Source of the DNA: Felis catus
Lineage: Eukaryota
Length of the DNA stretch: 64,000 nucleotides
NCBI RefSeq assembly: GCF_018350175.1
Contig: NC_058368.1
Location: 62,932,001 to 62,996,000, forward strand
Direction of reading: 5' to 3'
The notes under the pieces were generated by a model. It made no database searches. It saw only the letters and a program-made list of their open reading frames with translations, and was not told where the DNA came from. The position numbers and the translations under genes are program-made. This document shows, piece by piece, positions 1 to 12,358 of this stretch (position 1 is its first letter; the number at the start of each line of letters is the position of its first letter).

Positions 1-995
1 GAGGCCAACAACTTGAGACGATGGCCCCAGAAAAGCAAGCTCTAAATATGGGTATAATAACTGTGTCTGGACTTGATGTTATATGATGTAGTCCCATAAC
101 ACAGCTTTGTGTTAAGATTATAGTATCAGTAATAGTAATAGCATTCCTTTTCGGGTATCCTAATGACCATCTTATATATATGGAAAGAAGAGAACAATTT
201 GCTACTTAGATGGTTACCTTTAATAAGGCGTGCTTATTACTAGAATCCTTGTGATAACTAAGGGTAAGGCAAGATGGAGGAAAGGTTTATGGTAAGTACA
301 TACAAAATCTACCCTGTTTTTCATCAGAGGGAGGTTAAAATAAAACTATTCTCCATCCCCATGGCAATAAAAAGATGGCCATTGAAAACTGCCTTGTGTG
401 TAGATGTATCCTGAACTGAGCATCGGGGATCTATTCTTTGTAAAGGGTTATCCAGCACCTATTAATTCTATAAATAGTCTTCTTAATATAGAAATAGGCT
501 ATATCCTTTTGACCAAAAAAAAAAAAAGTATTTGGAAAGATGTGTTTTCAGAAAAGGTCACTTACTAAAAGGACTGGCATGTGCAGAGCTCTTACTACTG
601 AGAAGAATGAATTAGAATTAAATGACCCACTTTCAAACTTGCTCATGGCTTGGAACTCAGTATCCTTCTGGAGCCTTGTAAAAGGAGTTGAGAAGACCTT
701 TGAAGTCATTAACCCAGGAGAGACCCAAGAAATGAAGTCCCCCCCAACCCCCTTTTTTTTTTTTAAACAAAAGAGCCAGTTATTGGCTATCTAAGCCTAA
801 CTATAAGTGACGTCCTGTCTGCAGTAAAGAAGGTAAACAGAGGTGACAGAGCCAAGCTAAAAAATGGAGAAATTTGTGGGAGAACACATTCCATACAAAG
901 GACCAAATCTTCACTTGCCTCATGTAGAAAAGCGGACCTAGTTGCATTAAAACTATAAACAAAATTATGTGTGCATAATTCTGAAATCACGTGGA

Positions 996-1420
996 TGTAT
1001 TAGGGTTGTCCACTGACACCGAGCCAGTAAGAGATGTATGTATGCATGTGTGCCAATTTATTTTAAGGAAATGACTCACAAATATGGAGGTTGGCAATTT
1101 CGAAATCGGCATGGTAGGCCAGCTGGCTAGAAAGTCAGGAATGAACCAATGTTTCAGTATAAAGGCAGACTTAAATTCTGCTAAAGATGGACAGAATTTC
1201 CTCTTTTTTCCAAGGAGGTCAGTCTTTCTATTCCTACAATTAGAAATTGCCCACCCATGTTAGGAAAAGTAATTTGTTTTACTCAGTCTACTGATTTCAA
1301 TGTTAATCTCATCTAAAAATACCTTTATTTTGTGTCGCGTATTTCTTTATAGAGATACTTACAGTAATGTTTGACCAAATATTGGATAATATGGTCTACC
1401 CAAGTTGACATATAAAATTA
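996..1420 (-). mobile_element. MLT2-type (ERV-L) solo LTR
   Basis: Left end TGTATTAGGGTT is the reverse complement of the MLT2 3' end (AACCCTAATACA). Right end CAAGTTGACATATAAAATTA is the reverse complement of the MLT2 5' motif TAATTTTATnTGTCAACTTG. Confidence 0.8.
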
Positions 1421-3519
1421 TATATTTTTGCCCCAAAACTTGTATATCTCATTCTCAGTATAATAGTATAATTGATCTCCAGTGGTGGGTACGAGATGGT
1501 GACCAAGGAAGGATGAATATGGTCTGCCAGGTTTGCTTTTGCACTCTTGCTGAGACATGGAATGGGTCTAATCAGAATGGATGAGACAGCAAGAAAATGC
1601 AGACTGCCCACATGCTGGAGATGATAAAAACAAGTTTTGTGATTTCCCTGTGAATTTTGAAATGTGAGAAGTCTCATCTCTCATTTGACAGGAAGAGACC
1701 TTTTGCTCCTAAAAGTACTTTGGATATCTCTAAGTTCAGACAAACACCTCTCCCTTTCTTTAGGGTATCAATAAGATCTGTAGAGTAGTATCAGATCTTA
1801 AATCAATGAAATATCAAAAATACTTGTACACTCATGGGAGCCCAGTGGTGCAATTTCTAAGAAAATTTCCATCTGTTAATCTCAATACCCTGGTCTCCAA
1901 GAACCTTAGTACTTAGACTTTGGACTTATAAGCACAGTATTCCATAATGCCTAGAGATGCTATTACAGTCAGTTCTAGAGGCATCCAAACATGGCTCTCT
2001 GAAACCAATTCCAGAGAAGATGCTTTTATGTTGAGGTACTCAGTCACTGAAAATCTGGCTCACTGGGTTTTTGAGTAGCTCAGGTATTTGAGTCCAAAGA
2101 TTATTTCTCAGTCAGACCTTACATTGTAAGGTATATTATAGTAATGGCTTTCCTGTCTTCAAATAAGTTTAAAGACTTGCTGAAAACTTTTTTTGTGAAT
2201 CTCTTTTCTTGCAGCCTACACTGGATAATGAGCTATGAAACCTGAGCCAGCAGAAATTCCTCATCAGCATTTTGGACCATGATAGTCTTAGCACAAGATA
2301 AACTCCCTGTTCTTATATTTTTCAGGGCATGGCAGGTGAGGTTGAAAAGTTGAAAACACCTTACCAGAGGTTATAGGCGTGTTGATCTAAAAACCACTGT
2401 GCCTTCCCTGAGAACCAAGCATGAAGTCAGTTGCATAGTTACAATCTCATGACACAGGGGATCACCCTGCCTCTTGTTTCTAAGGAATTTGCAGGGCCAC
2501 CTATGGGTAAGCTCTAGGGCGGGGTAAGTAATTCTAGTGAATGACCAGTAGGTGAAGCACATGAACCTATTTCTATCTGACTTCCATTCCTAGGATCTGT
2601 TATATCGTAGACACACTTAGCATCAGCCACCATCATTCATGACCTGCCACTCAAGTTGGAGCCAGATATTTTTGTAGCAGGACCTTTTAAGTTATCCTGA
2701 ATCACTAAAGCCTTTAGAAATGGACTCGAGAGAGGGAGAAGAGCTAGGCAATCTGCATAAAAACCCTGCTATGTGTATCATTGGCAAAATTCCATTTTTT
2801 CTCAGTGAATGTTGTAAATATTTAGTGTTGTAAGGTACGTAAGTTCTGACAACGTTGCTACCCCATAGCTAATGTAACATTTTCAAGAGCAATAGTCAAA
2901 TACGGAAATGCAGCTGGAGAGGGTTGGAGGCACTAGAAGTCTGGAATAATGCACAGTGAGGTATGTTTCTTGGCCTGATTTTCCAGGGACCCAGTAGAAT
3001 AAGGTAATCAAAAAGGGTATCAAGCTTCTGATCAGTTACAATAGGGTTAAGTTTTTTCAGACATGGAATTCCTACAACAACCATAACCAATTTCTTAAAC
3101 AGTTTCATTAATATCACCTATGGGCCTTGTATAACTCAGTAAATTTACACCATATGGCTAAAAACAAGATCTGGGAACATGGTGCATTGTCAAATATAGA
3201 GAAATCATTTACTGAAACTTGTGCTGAGCAGAGGAAAACCTATTTAATGACCAATATCTATGTCCCCAAACAACTCATGGACGACAGGTAAATTTGGGCA
3301 GATGTAAAGCAGTCTACAAAAAACCTTTAGAAACACAGGTGGAAGGACCACAGTGGATGTGGTGTGGTTGTGGGATGCTGGGGGATAAAAATGAACACCT
3401 AATCAGCTCGAAGTAATTGCAGTAAGAGGAATGACTCATTTTGAGCAAGGACAGCCTTTGGGGAAAAAAAAGTCATAAACAGAGTTGGCAATGATTATTA
3501 ACTTTCATTTGTATGCTGC

Positions 3520-3738
3520 ACAATACATTGCAAAAACACTTGTACATGTTTTATCTCCATCTAATTGGAAAACAATCCTGAAAGTTAGAAAAGGCAGGTA
3601 TTGTTCTGCCTGTTTTATATGCAAGGAAAGAAATACAGACAGGTTAATTGAGCTGGCTGAGGTCACATTGTTACTTAGCAGAACCAGCAAGGAATAGAAC
3701 CTGGGTTTCTAGAATCTCAGTGTAATATATTTTAACCA
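3520..3738 (-). mobile_element. MIR SINE relic
   Basis: Degenerate antisense MIR core: AGGTTAATTGAGCTGGCTGAGGTCACA...GAACCTGGGTTTCT. Confidence 0.65.
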
Positions 3739-4054
3739 CCCCTGACTGCACACAGTTTTGCTGAACAAAGAAATTCTTGCAGTCCTGTACAGTTTAGAGA
3801 ACATTGGTTGTTTATCCAGTCTTACCAATAACGATGTTAGTTTCACCCTTCTCCAGCCATGAAATCAGAGGTCTTCTGGTTCATCCATCATTTGTGCCAC
3901 AATGTTCACCAGTCTGAGATCACACGAAACTTTGTCAGCCTCATCAAAATGCCTATCAAAATGCCTATTGATCTTAATGCTGAACATGTGCTTTAGAGAA
4001 ATGCATGATGCACACAATAACTTAGTTTTACTTCTGAAAATAAGATCTTCCCTT

Positions 4055-4218
4055 GGGATGCCCCAGGTGGCTCAGTTAAATTTCAACTCTTGATTTTGGA
4101 TTGGGTCATGATCTCATGGTTAATGAGTTTGAGCCGTGAGTCAGGCTCCCAGATGATGGTGTGGAGCCTGCTAAGGATTTGTATTCTCCCTCTCCCTCTC
4201 AAAATAAACTTACAAAAT
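4055..4218 (+). mobile_element. Can-SINE, older subfamily
   Basis: GGGATGCCCCAGGTGGCTCAGTT head, GGTCATGATCTC motif, CT-rich tract, AATAAA and A-rich tail. Confidence 0.85.
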
Positions 4219-5329
4219 AGGTATTGCCTAAAGAACATATTGTAACTGCTTTGACTCCGGGGCGGGTGAGAAGAATGCAAGGTACTTGAGATGTGTATTA
4301 TCTTGGCCTACGGATGTTTAAAAACCACCTTAACATACAAAAGGGTTCGTGTTTATTTTCCAACCTAACAGTTTTCCTTATTCTAAAAATCAAATTACAC
4401 AGCAATCAGTGCTGGAAAGGGAGGAGAAAAACTTCAGTTGGATGTCTGACAAGTTGTCAGTATCTGCTGTTGATCAGCAGTGGGCTCCTCTTATAATTGT
4501 CAAACAATTTTTTACCCAGGCAATATGGGTAAAATGGAGGGGAAAATCCCTTGTTTGCATCCAAAACAATTCCTCCTGTTTGGGAGAACTGAATCCCAAA
4601 CCAAAATAATTTTGCTTCACATCCTACTTACATCACTTCTCAATGTCTTCAGAATCACAGATATCTCCTTCCAGTTGAGTATCTCAAGCACACAAATATA
4701 TAATCTAAGATTGAGAAGCATGATCTGTATCAAGAAAGCTGTTTTGCATAAGGCAAAGCTCCATTTTACTTTCATTGGAATATACTTCAGCTTTTAAAGA
4801 TCTACATTTCTCTTCATGCAATGGTATTATCATTGATTGCACAACTTGTATGAATAAATGAGGCTTAAAAGGCAACTACGTGACTTAAGGTCTTTTTGCC
4901 AGTGAGAATACTTGTAATTTGTCCTCCAGTTGGAGACTCAAAATACTACTGGCAAAACCTAAATTTAATGTTCTGCCTTTTTCTTCATTGGCTGCCTAAT
5001 GTTTTCGATCTAGTCAATTCAGCCCATTTCTGATTGATGGGCACCATGACAATCTAGTGGCCAATGCTGCTTCCCTGCAATAAATAGCAATGGGGCATTG
5101 CATCATGTTATATAAAAAAAAATGCTCTGTTCCTTTGCTATGCTTTAATGCGTCACATTTCCTTTTTTTAAAAAATCAATTACAAATGCTTGAGTTTGAA
5201 AGTAATGACAAGTCACTACCTATGGGGAGTAAAAGGAATGCAAGATATGGTCATTGATCTCAAAGAATGAGGTAACGATTGAACCCTTAAAATCCAGGCT
5301 ATACGAGGCCTTCTAAATGAAGTGCTGGA

Positions 5330-5450
5330 TATCCTCATTCTTTTAAGTAAGACACTGAGACTCAAAGATATTTAATCATTGGCTGAAGGTCACTCAGCAA
5401 GTACAGTGTTATGTTTCTGGTTCCCAAACCGGTGCTTTTTGCATCACATT
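5330..5450 (-). mobile_element. MIR relic
   Basis: GACACTGAGACTCAAAGA...AAGGTCACTCAGCAAGTA resembles the antisense MIR core. Confidence 0.5.
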
Positions 5451-6249
5451 GCAGAGTCTTCCAAAATGCGGGCTGTGATCTAGTTGAGAGGTAAGACACA
5501 GACTTGATCCATGTTACACAAGAATAATGAACGAAATAATGGCGTCTTTGTGGTCCTAGAGACACTAGGTACTGAAGTAATGGTTGGATACTAAAGCTGG
5601 AAATTATTTCAGGTAAAGAGATTTTTTAAAAAGGCTTTGAGGTTTGAGATCATGAAACTCTCTTGCATAGAATTTGAATGGATGAGAATCCTGGGTACTT
5701 GCAAGGGAATGGTATGAGCAATCACTCAGACGTTTGAAGCAATTTTCCCAGGTGTTTGAATAGCGTTCAGAGCTTACTGTGCATGCTTTTCTTGGTCTTA
5801 AGGAGCAGACTGGCTGGAACATGGTGGCATTAAACATACTGAGAGCGGATATCTACCTGAAGGTTGGCAGTGGAAGTGAAGCTCAGCAGTTGGTTTACTC
5901 AAAGATATCTGCCTCAAATGGCTATGTGAGTAGGCAAAGAGGTGGTAGAAAGTGCTTCAGAAAAGGCTAAGGATACACTGGTAACACACAAGGATATTTT
6001 TAGTGATGGTAATGTAAAAAAGTCCGTGAGCTTGGTTACTATTTATTTCTTGGAAGTCTCTGGATTTATTTCAGTAGTCCCTACATTTGGGGAAAGAGTT
6101 GCACCTGGGAACAAACTGCTCTTCACAGTCCTAAATGTTTTGAAATGTTGAATTAGAGAAAACTGGAATTTATTTACAAAATGTCAGTATTTTACATTGT
6201 ATTACATCTTGGACCACAATAAAGTACATCTGTATTTTAAACAGGGATT

Positions 6250-8145
6250 GTTTGAGATATATTAGTTTTAGATGTATAATATGATTTTATATTTGTACAT
6301 ATTAAGTGATTACCACAGTAAGTGTAGTTAACATGGGTGACCATACACATTGTTATTTTCTCTTGTGAGGACTGTCCACGCCTATTCTTAGCAAACTTCA
6401 GTATTACAATAGAGTATTAACTGTAGTCACCACACTATATATTACATTCTTAGTATCGTTAGGACTGGAATTTTATACGTTTTGACCATCTTCACCTATT
6501 TCACCCATTTCACCCACTTCCTACCACCGGTCTCTAGAAACCACCAATCTGTTCTTTGTATCTATGACTTTTTTTTTTTTCCTCTGAGAATCCATGTGTG
6601 AGACCATAGGATATTTGTCTTTCTCTGACTTAGCTTATTTAACATAATGCCCTCAAGGTTTATGTTGGTACAGATGGCAAGATTTCCTTTATTGTTGAAT
6701 GATACTCCTATATATACATTTTTATCTCTTTATCAATAGACACTTAGGTTGCCTCCTTGTCTAAGCTATTATAAGTAACACCACAGTAACATGGGGGTAC
6801 AGATGTCTTTTCAAGTTAATGTTTTCATTTCCTTCAGAAAAATACCCAGAAACACAAATCCTGGATCATGTGGTAGTTTTATTTTTAATGTTTGAGGAAA
6901 CTCCATACTCTACCCTCCCCCCCCCCCCCCCATCATGGCTGCATCAATTTACATTCCTACAAACAGTGCAAAAGGGTTCCCTTTTCTCCACCTCCAAGAC
7001 TGATTTGTCTTTTTGGAAATAGCCATTGTAACAGGTGTTAGGTGATAGCTCCTTGTGGTTTTGATTTTTTCCTGCTTTCCTGATTTTCCCTTATGCATGA
7101 TGATGGGCAACTTTTCATGTAGCTGCTGGCCATCTGAGTGTCATCTTTGGGGGAAAAAAGTATATTCAGTAATTCTGTCCATCATTAATCAGATTTTTTA
7201 TTGAGTCGTATGAGCTTTTCAATACTTTATATATCCTTTATCACATATGGCTTGCAAACATTTTCTCATTCAACATGTTGCCTTTTCATTTTGCTGAGTT
7301 CTTATTTTTCTCTGTAGAAGCTTTTTACTTTGCAGCCCCACATTTTCTTGTCTTGACTGTGAAAACCAAAAAATCAAGTTTTATGGCTTCAGGTCTGCTG
7401 TTCAAAGACTTTAATCCATTTTGAGTTTATTTTTACATGTGGTATAAGATAGTCCAATTTGATTCTTATGTGTTTGGTTGTCCAGTTTTCCCAGTACCAT
7501 TTAAAGATGTTCTTTTCCAATTATATTTTTGATAGCTTTGTCATAAATTGGTCATACATGCAGTTTTATTTTTGGATTCTGTGGTCCATTGATCTGTGTT
7601 TATTTTTACCCCATTACCATACTGTTTTAATTATTATTGCTTTGTAATACAATATGAAGTCATATTGTGGTGCCTCCAGCCTTCTTTCTCAAAATTATAT
7701 TGGCTACTTGGGTTGTTTTTTTTTGTTTTTTTGTGGTTCCATACAAATCTTAGAATGATTCCATTTCTGTGAAAAATCCTACTGGAATTTTGATAAGAAT
7801 TGCATTGAATCTGTAGATCACTTTGGATAGTATGGACATTTTAACAATATTCTTTCAACTTCTCAGCAATGGGTATCTTTCCATTTCTTTGTGCAATCTC
7901 TCTAATCAGTGTGTTAGAATTTTCAGTGTACAGGTCTTTTCCCTCCTTGGTTAAATTTATTCCTAGGTGTATTATTTTGGGAAATGCAACTGAATACAAG
8001 ATCGTTTCCTTAATTTCTCTGGTAGTATGTTATTAGTGTACAGATACAAGAGATCTTTATATATTGATTTTTGTATCCTGCAACTTTACAAAATTTGTTG
8101 ATGAGTTCTAACAGTTTTGGTAGAGTCTTTAGAGTTTTCTCTATA
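6250..8145 (-). mobile_element. LINE-1 (L1MA9/L1_Carn-like), 3' UTR and ORF2 3' part; left piece of an interrupted copy
   Basis: Antisense L1 3' UTR and ORF2, colinear with the young L1 at 61.2-63.1 kb (e.g. CCATTTTGAGTTTATTTTT, GAATCTGTAGAT, ATTGATTTTTGTATCCTG). Breaks at the TA where Tigger1 inserted. Confidence 0.9.
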
Positions 8146-8166
8146 ATATCTCAGATAACATGACTT

Positions 8167-8716
8167 TGCTACTGAATGCAAAGGACTTGTTGCTTGGGGT
8201 GCATTAGCCAATAGATCAGCCCCAGTTTTCTGGTTTGAGCAAATCGTTTTCGTTACTTGAAGCAAGTAAAACCAAGAGATCTCAAAGCACTGTCTCCTTG
8301 AGTTTAGTTCAGGAAGCTTTTATTCAGTGTATTAGGGGGAACCGGGTAGGGAGCTTTTTACGTTAAGGAACTTACATGTTTTCTGTTAGGCACTTTAGCT
8401 CAACCGCACATTCTTAACATATCAGCATACTAGTGCACATATCATGTTTTCAACAAACAGTGGAAAAATCCACCTATAGGAAGGGATCTTACTACTCTCT
8501 ACTACTGCTAACGTTAGGGTAACTTTGCTCATTGCCAATCAGACTCAAGCTGGCTCCTACAAGGAGTATCTGACAGAACATCTGACTGTACATCTTCTTG
8601 GTGAGAGCTACATGTCCTGTAAGACACCTTCTTTCCCTGCTTTTGTCTCTTCCGTCTCCTTCTGATACCCTTTGGCCCTCTGATCTGAGTAACTCCCTGT
8701 TACTTCCTAGCTAACA
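8167..8716. mobile_element. Probable ERV solo LTR (about 550 bp), family unassigned
   Basis: TG...CA termini (TGCTACT...CTAACA) and LTR-like length. It cleanly interrupts the terminal sequence of Tigger1. Confidence 0.55.
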
Positions 8717-8871
8717 GGTTCAGTTCCACACCACTGCAATAAAGTGTGTCAAATTAATTTTTTTGGTTTCCCAGTACATACAAAAGTTTACACTATGCTG
8801 TAGTCTATTAGGCATGCAATAGCAATATGCTTAAAAACAATGCACATACCCTAATTTCAAAATACTTTATT

Positions 8872-9051
8872 GGGGTGCCTGGGTGTTTCAGTTGGTTAAG
8901 TGTCCAGTTCTTTGTTTGAGCTCAGATCGTGATCTCGAGGTTTTCCATGAATTAAAGCTACATGTTGGGCCCCAGCTGGCAGGGTGGAGCCTTCTTGGAA
9001 TTCTCTCTTGCTCCCTCTTCCCACTCACACTGTCTCAGTCTCTCTCAAAAA
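8872..9051 (+). mobile_element. Can-SINE inserted in Tigger1
   Basis: GGGGTGCCTGGGTG head, CT tract and short A tail. No second TSD copy is visible. Confidence 0.85.
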
Positions 9052-11068
9052 TTCTAGCCATGAAATCTTGCTGGTGGAGGGTCTTGCCTCAGTGCTGTTG
9101 GCTGCTGAACTGATTAGGGTGGTGGTTGCTGAAGCCTGGGGTGGCTGTGGAAGTTTCTTAAAAGACAGCATTTGCCTCATTGATTGACTCTTCCAGTAGA
9201 ACTTCTTTCAAAATTGGAGCAAATCCTCTCAAACCTTGATGCTGCTTTACCAACTACAGTTATATGATACTCTAAAGCCCTTGTCATGTCAACAGTCTTC
9301 ACAGCATCTTTGCCAGGAGTAGATTTCATTTAAGAAGGCACTTGCATTGCTCATCTGTAAGTAGCAGCAACTCTTCTGTTTTATCATGAGAATGCAGCAA
9401 TTCAGCCACATCTTCAGGCTCCACTTCTAATTCTAGTCCTTTTTGCTACTTCCACCATATCTGCTGTTAACTTCTACACAAAAGTCCTGAACACATCTAA
9501 GTCATTCATGAAGATTGGAATCGACTTCTTTCAAACTTTCATTAATATTGATATTTTGACTTCTTCCCATAAATCACAATTCTTAATGATATCTAGGATG
9601 GTGAATCCTTGCCAGGTTTTTCAGTCAACTTTGCCCAGATCCATCAGAGGAATCACTGCCTATGGCAGCTCGAGCCTAACAAAATATAATTCTTAAATAA
9701 GATTTGAAAGTCAGAATTACTCCTTGATCCATGAGCTCTGCAGAATGGATGTTGTGTAAGGCATGAAAACATTAATCTCCTTGTTCATCTCTGTCAAAGA
9801 CCTTGGGTGACCAGGTGCATTGTCAATAAGCAGTAATATTTTAAAAGGAACCTTTTTACTGAGATTTTATCAATGAGCTTAAAATATTTATTAAACCATG
9901 TTGAAAACAAATGTGCTGTCATTCAGGCTTTGTTTTATTCATAGGACATTGGCAAAGTAGATCTAGGATAATTCTTAAGGGCCATAGGATTTTCAGAATA
10001 GCACATGAGCACCATTGGCTGCAACTTAAAGTCACCAGCTGCATTAACTCCTAACAGAGTCAGGCAGTCTGTTGGAGCTTTGAAGCCATGCATTGACGTC
10101 TCCTCTTCAGTTATGAAAGTCCTAGAAGGCATCTTCCAGCAGAAGGCTGCCTCGTCTGCATTGAAAAACTATTTAGTGTAGCCACTTTGGTTCTTTATTT
10201 TAGCTAGATCTTCTGGATAACTTGCTGCAGTTCTACATCAGCACTTCTTCACCCTGCACTTTTATGTTGTGGATATGGTTTCTTCTAAAACTCATGAACC
10301 AGCTTCTGTTTCAAACTTCTGTAGATTTGTCCTCTCTCTCAGCCTTCATAGAATTAGACTTAGGGCCTTTCTCTGGATTAGGCTTTGGCTTAAGGGAATT
10401 TTGTAGCTGATTTTATCTTCCATCCAGACCACTAACACTTTCTCTTATCAGCAATAAGGCTTTTTCACCTTCTCACTCATTTGTTCACTGAAATAGCACT
10501 CCTAACTTCCTTCAGAAACTTTTCCTTTGTAAGCACAATTTGGCCAACTGTTAGAGTGAAAGTTGGGCCTCTTGTGCCAATCTGAAATTTCAAGAGGTCT
10601 TCCTTACCACACTTCTAACTTTTGATTCAAGGGGAGATAGGTGCAACTCTTCCCTTTAGTTGAGCACTTAAGGGCCATCGTAGGGTTATTAATTGGCCTG
10701 CTTGCAATATTAGAAGGTCTCAGAGCACAGGGAAGGCCAAGGAGAGGGAGAGCGATGGAACCACCAGTTGGTGGAGAGTCAGGATACATACAATATTTAA
10801 GTTCCCCATCTTACCGGGTACAGTTTGTGGTGCCCCCAAACGATTATAACATGAGAGAACGTGGCTCATTGATCACCATAACAAATACATTAATGAAAAA
10901 GTTTAAAATGCTTCAAGAATTAGGAAATGTGACAAAGAAAATGCTGTTGGAAAAACAGGGCTGCCAGACTTGCTTCATGCAGGGTTGTCACGAACCTTCA
11001 ATGTGTAAAACACATAATATCTATGAAGCACATTAGAGTGAAGTGCAAGGAAAAGGAGTATGCCTGTA

Positions 11069-11798
11069 AGTCCTCTAATAGTGACCATACTTCCCAATTT
11101 GGTTTCTTTTTCTTTTTCTTGCCTAATTGCTCTGGCTAGGACTTCCAGTACTATGCTAGATAAAAGTGGTGGAAGTTAGGATCCTTTTCTTCCTGATCTT
11201 AGAGAAAAAGCTTTTAGCTTTTCATGGTTAAGTATGCATTAGCTGTGTGCTTGTCATATATGGCCATTATTATGTTGGAGTACATTCCCTCTACATATGT
11301 TGAGAATTTTTTTTTAACATGAGTGGATGTTGAATTTTAGCAAATGATTTTTCTGCATCTATGGAGATCCTATCATTTTTAATCCTTCTTGTAAATGTGT
11401 ATCAATTTGATTTTGTGGATCATTTTATCCCTGAAATTAATCCCATTTATTATTGTGTATAATTCTTTTAATCTGTGGTTAAGTTCATTTTGATACTTGA
11501 AGATCTTTGCATGTTCATTATGGACACTGGCTGATAATTTTCTTGTGGTGTCTTTGATTTTGGTATCAGGCTAGTACTGGCCTTGTGAAATGAATATGGA
11601 AGTGTTCCCTCTTAAATATATATTTTAAGGAACATTTAAGATTAGCATTCACCAGTGAAACCATCTGGTCCTGGACTTTTGGGATGTCTTCTATTACTGA
11701 TTGAATCCCCTTATTAGTCATTAGTCTGTTCAGATTTCTATATTCATGATTTAGTAGGTTATATGTTTCTAGGAATTTATCCAATTTTTTCCAGGTTC
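11069..11798 (-). mobile_element. LINE-1 ORF2, continuation of the 6250-8145 copy, 5'-truncated
   Basis: Resumes at the L1 position where 8145 broke off. ORF 11566-11784 (MDKFLETYNL..LNRLMTNKGIQSVI) is ORF2-like. Confidence 0.9.
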
Positions 11799-12249
11799 AT
11801 GGGAATCTTCACTAAAGACACAGTGGATAAGTCATTTGAAAAATGGTGAAATGAGACATAGAATCAACTAAGTCATTATTATCTTAAATACCCCTGTAGT
11901 GTGTTGCTTTCTCCCCCTTAACCTCTTTCCACATTTGCTATATTTCTATTCACTTACATGATAAACAGCAATATTTTGTTTTGCAGTACATCTTCCACAT
12001 CTTTACATACCTGAAATACCTGTTTTTATACACAGCTGTTACGGTTACTTCTTAAATCTAATGTTCTCAAGCATGTCTTGAAGTTCTTGAAATGTCAGAA
12101 ATTTTTATACATCATTGAATGGTAGATTCACAATAACTACTTGAATGTATGAATGAAGAAAGAATAAGAGTGTGCGCTTATGTGCTATTCTACATGGTTT
12201 ACCTGGTGTTACATATTCTTTATTAAAACCCGTGACATAGGTAAATTGT

Positions 12250-12358
12250 CTCCTTATTACAGGTGATACCAACTGAGTGCCCACAGTCAGTAATTCAGAG
12301 CCAATATTCAAACCCAGACACCTTTACACAAGTCATTTCTATTAACCATTATGCTATG
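12250..12358 (-). mobile_element. MIR relic
   Basis: TTACAGGTGA..AACTGAG...TTCAAACCCAG...TTAACCATTATGCTAT resembles antisense MIR. Confidence 0.55.

Larger units (their letters stand above)
8146..11066 (-). mobile_element. Tigger1 DNA transposon (TcMar-Tigger), near full length, decayed
   Basis: Right end TATGCCTG followed by TA (11067-68) is the Tigger1 TIR CAGGCATA plus TA target. ORF 9935-10132 (MPSRTFITEEETSMHGFKA...GVNAAGDFKLQPM...SENPMALKNY) matches the Tigger1/TIGD1 DDE transposase. The other terminus is split by the LTR at 8167-8716. Confidence 0.93.

Noticed and set aside
540..794. 84-aa ORF after an acceptor-like TTTTCAG
   Set aside because: Non-ATG start, runs through C/T homopolymers, no recognisable homology.
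3943..3968. Short tandem duplications (ATCAAAATGCCT x2; similar at 34593 and 35001) and homopolymer runs
   Set aside because: Ordinary slippage products with no sign of function.
4632..4724. 93-nt minus-strand open segment between CAG and GTAAGT (IMLLNLRLYICVLEILNWKEISVILKTLRSD)
   Set aside because: Unrecognised peptide with no partner exons; such matches are expected by chance in 64 kb.
5600..6240. Overlapping short ORFs followed by AATAAA (6218-6223), resembling a terminal exon or retrocopy
   Set aside because: Every + strand frame I translated has stops, no peptide was recognisable, and there is no poly-A or TSD. BLASTX would be needed.
10641..11036. 131-aa + strand ORF
   Set aside because: Antisense reading of the Tigger1 5' region.
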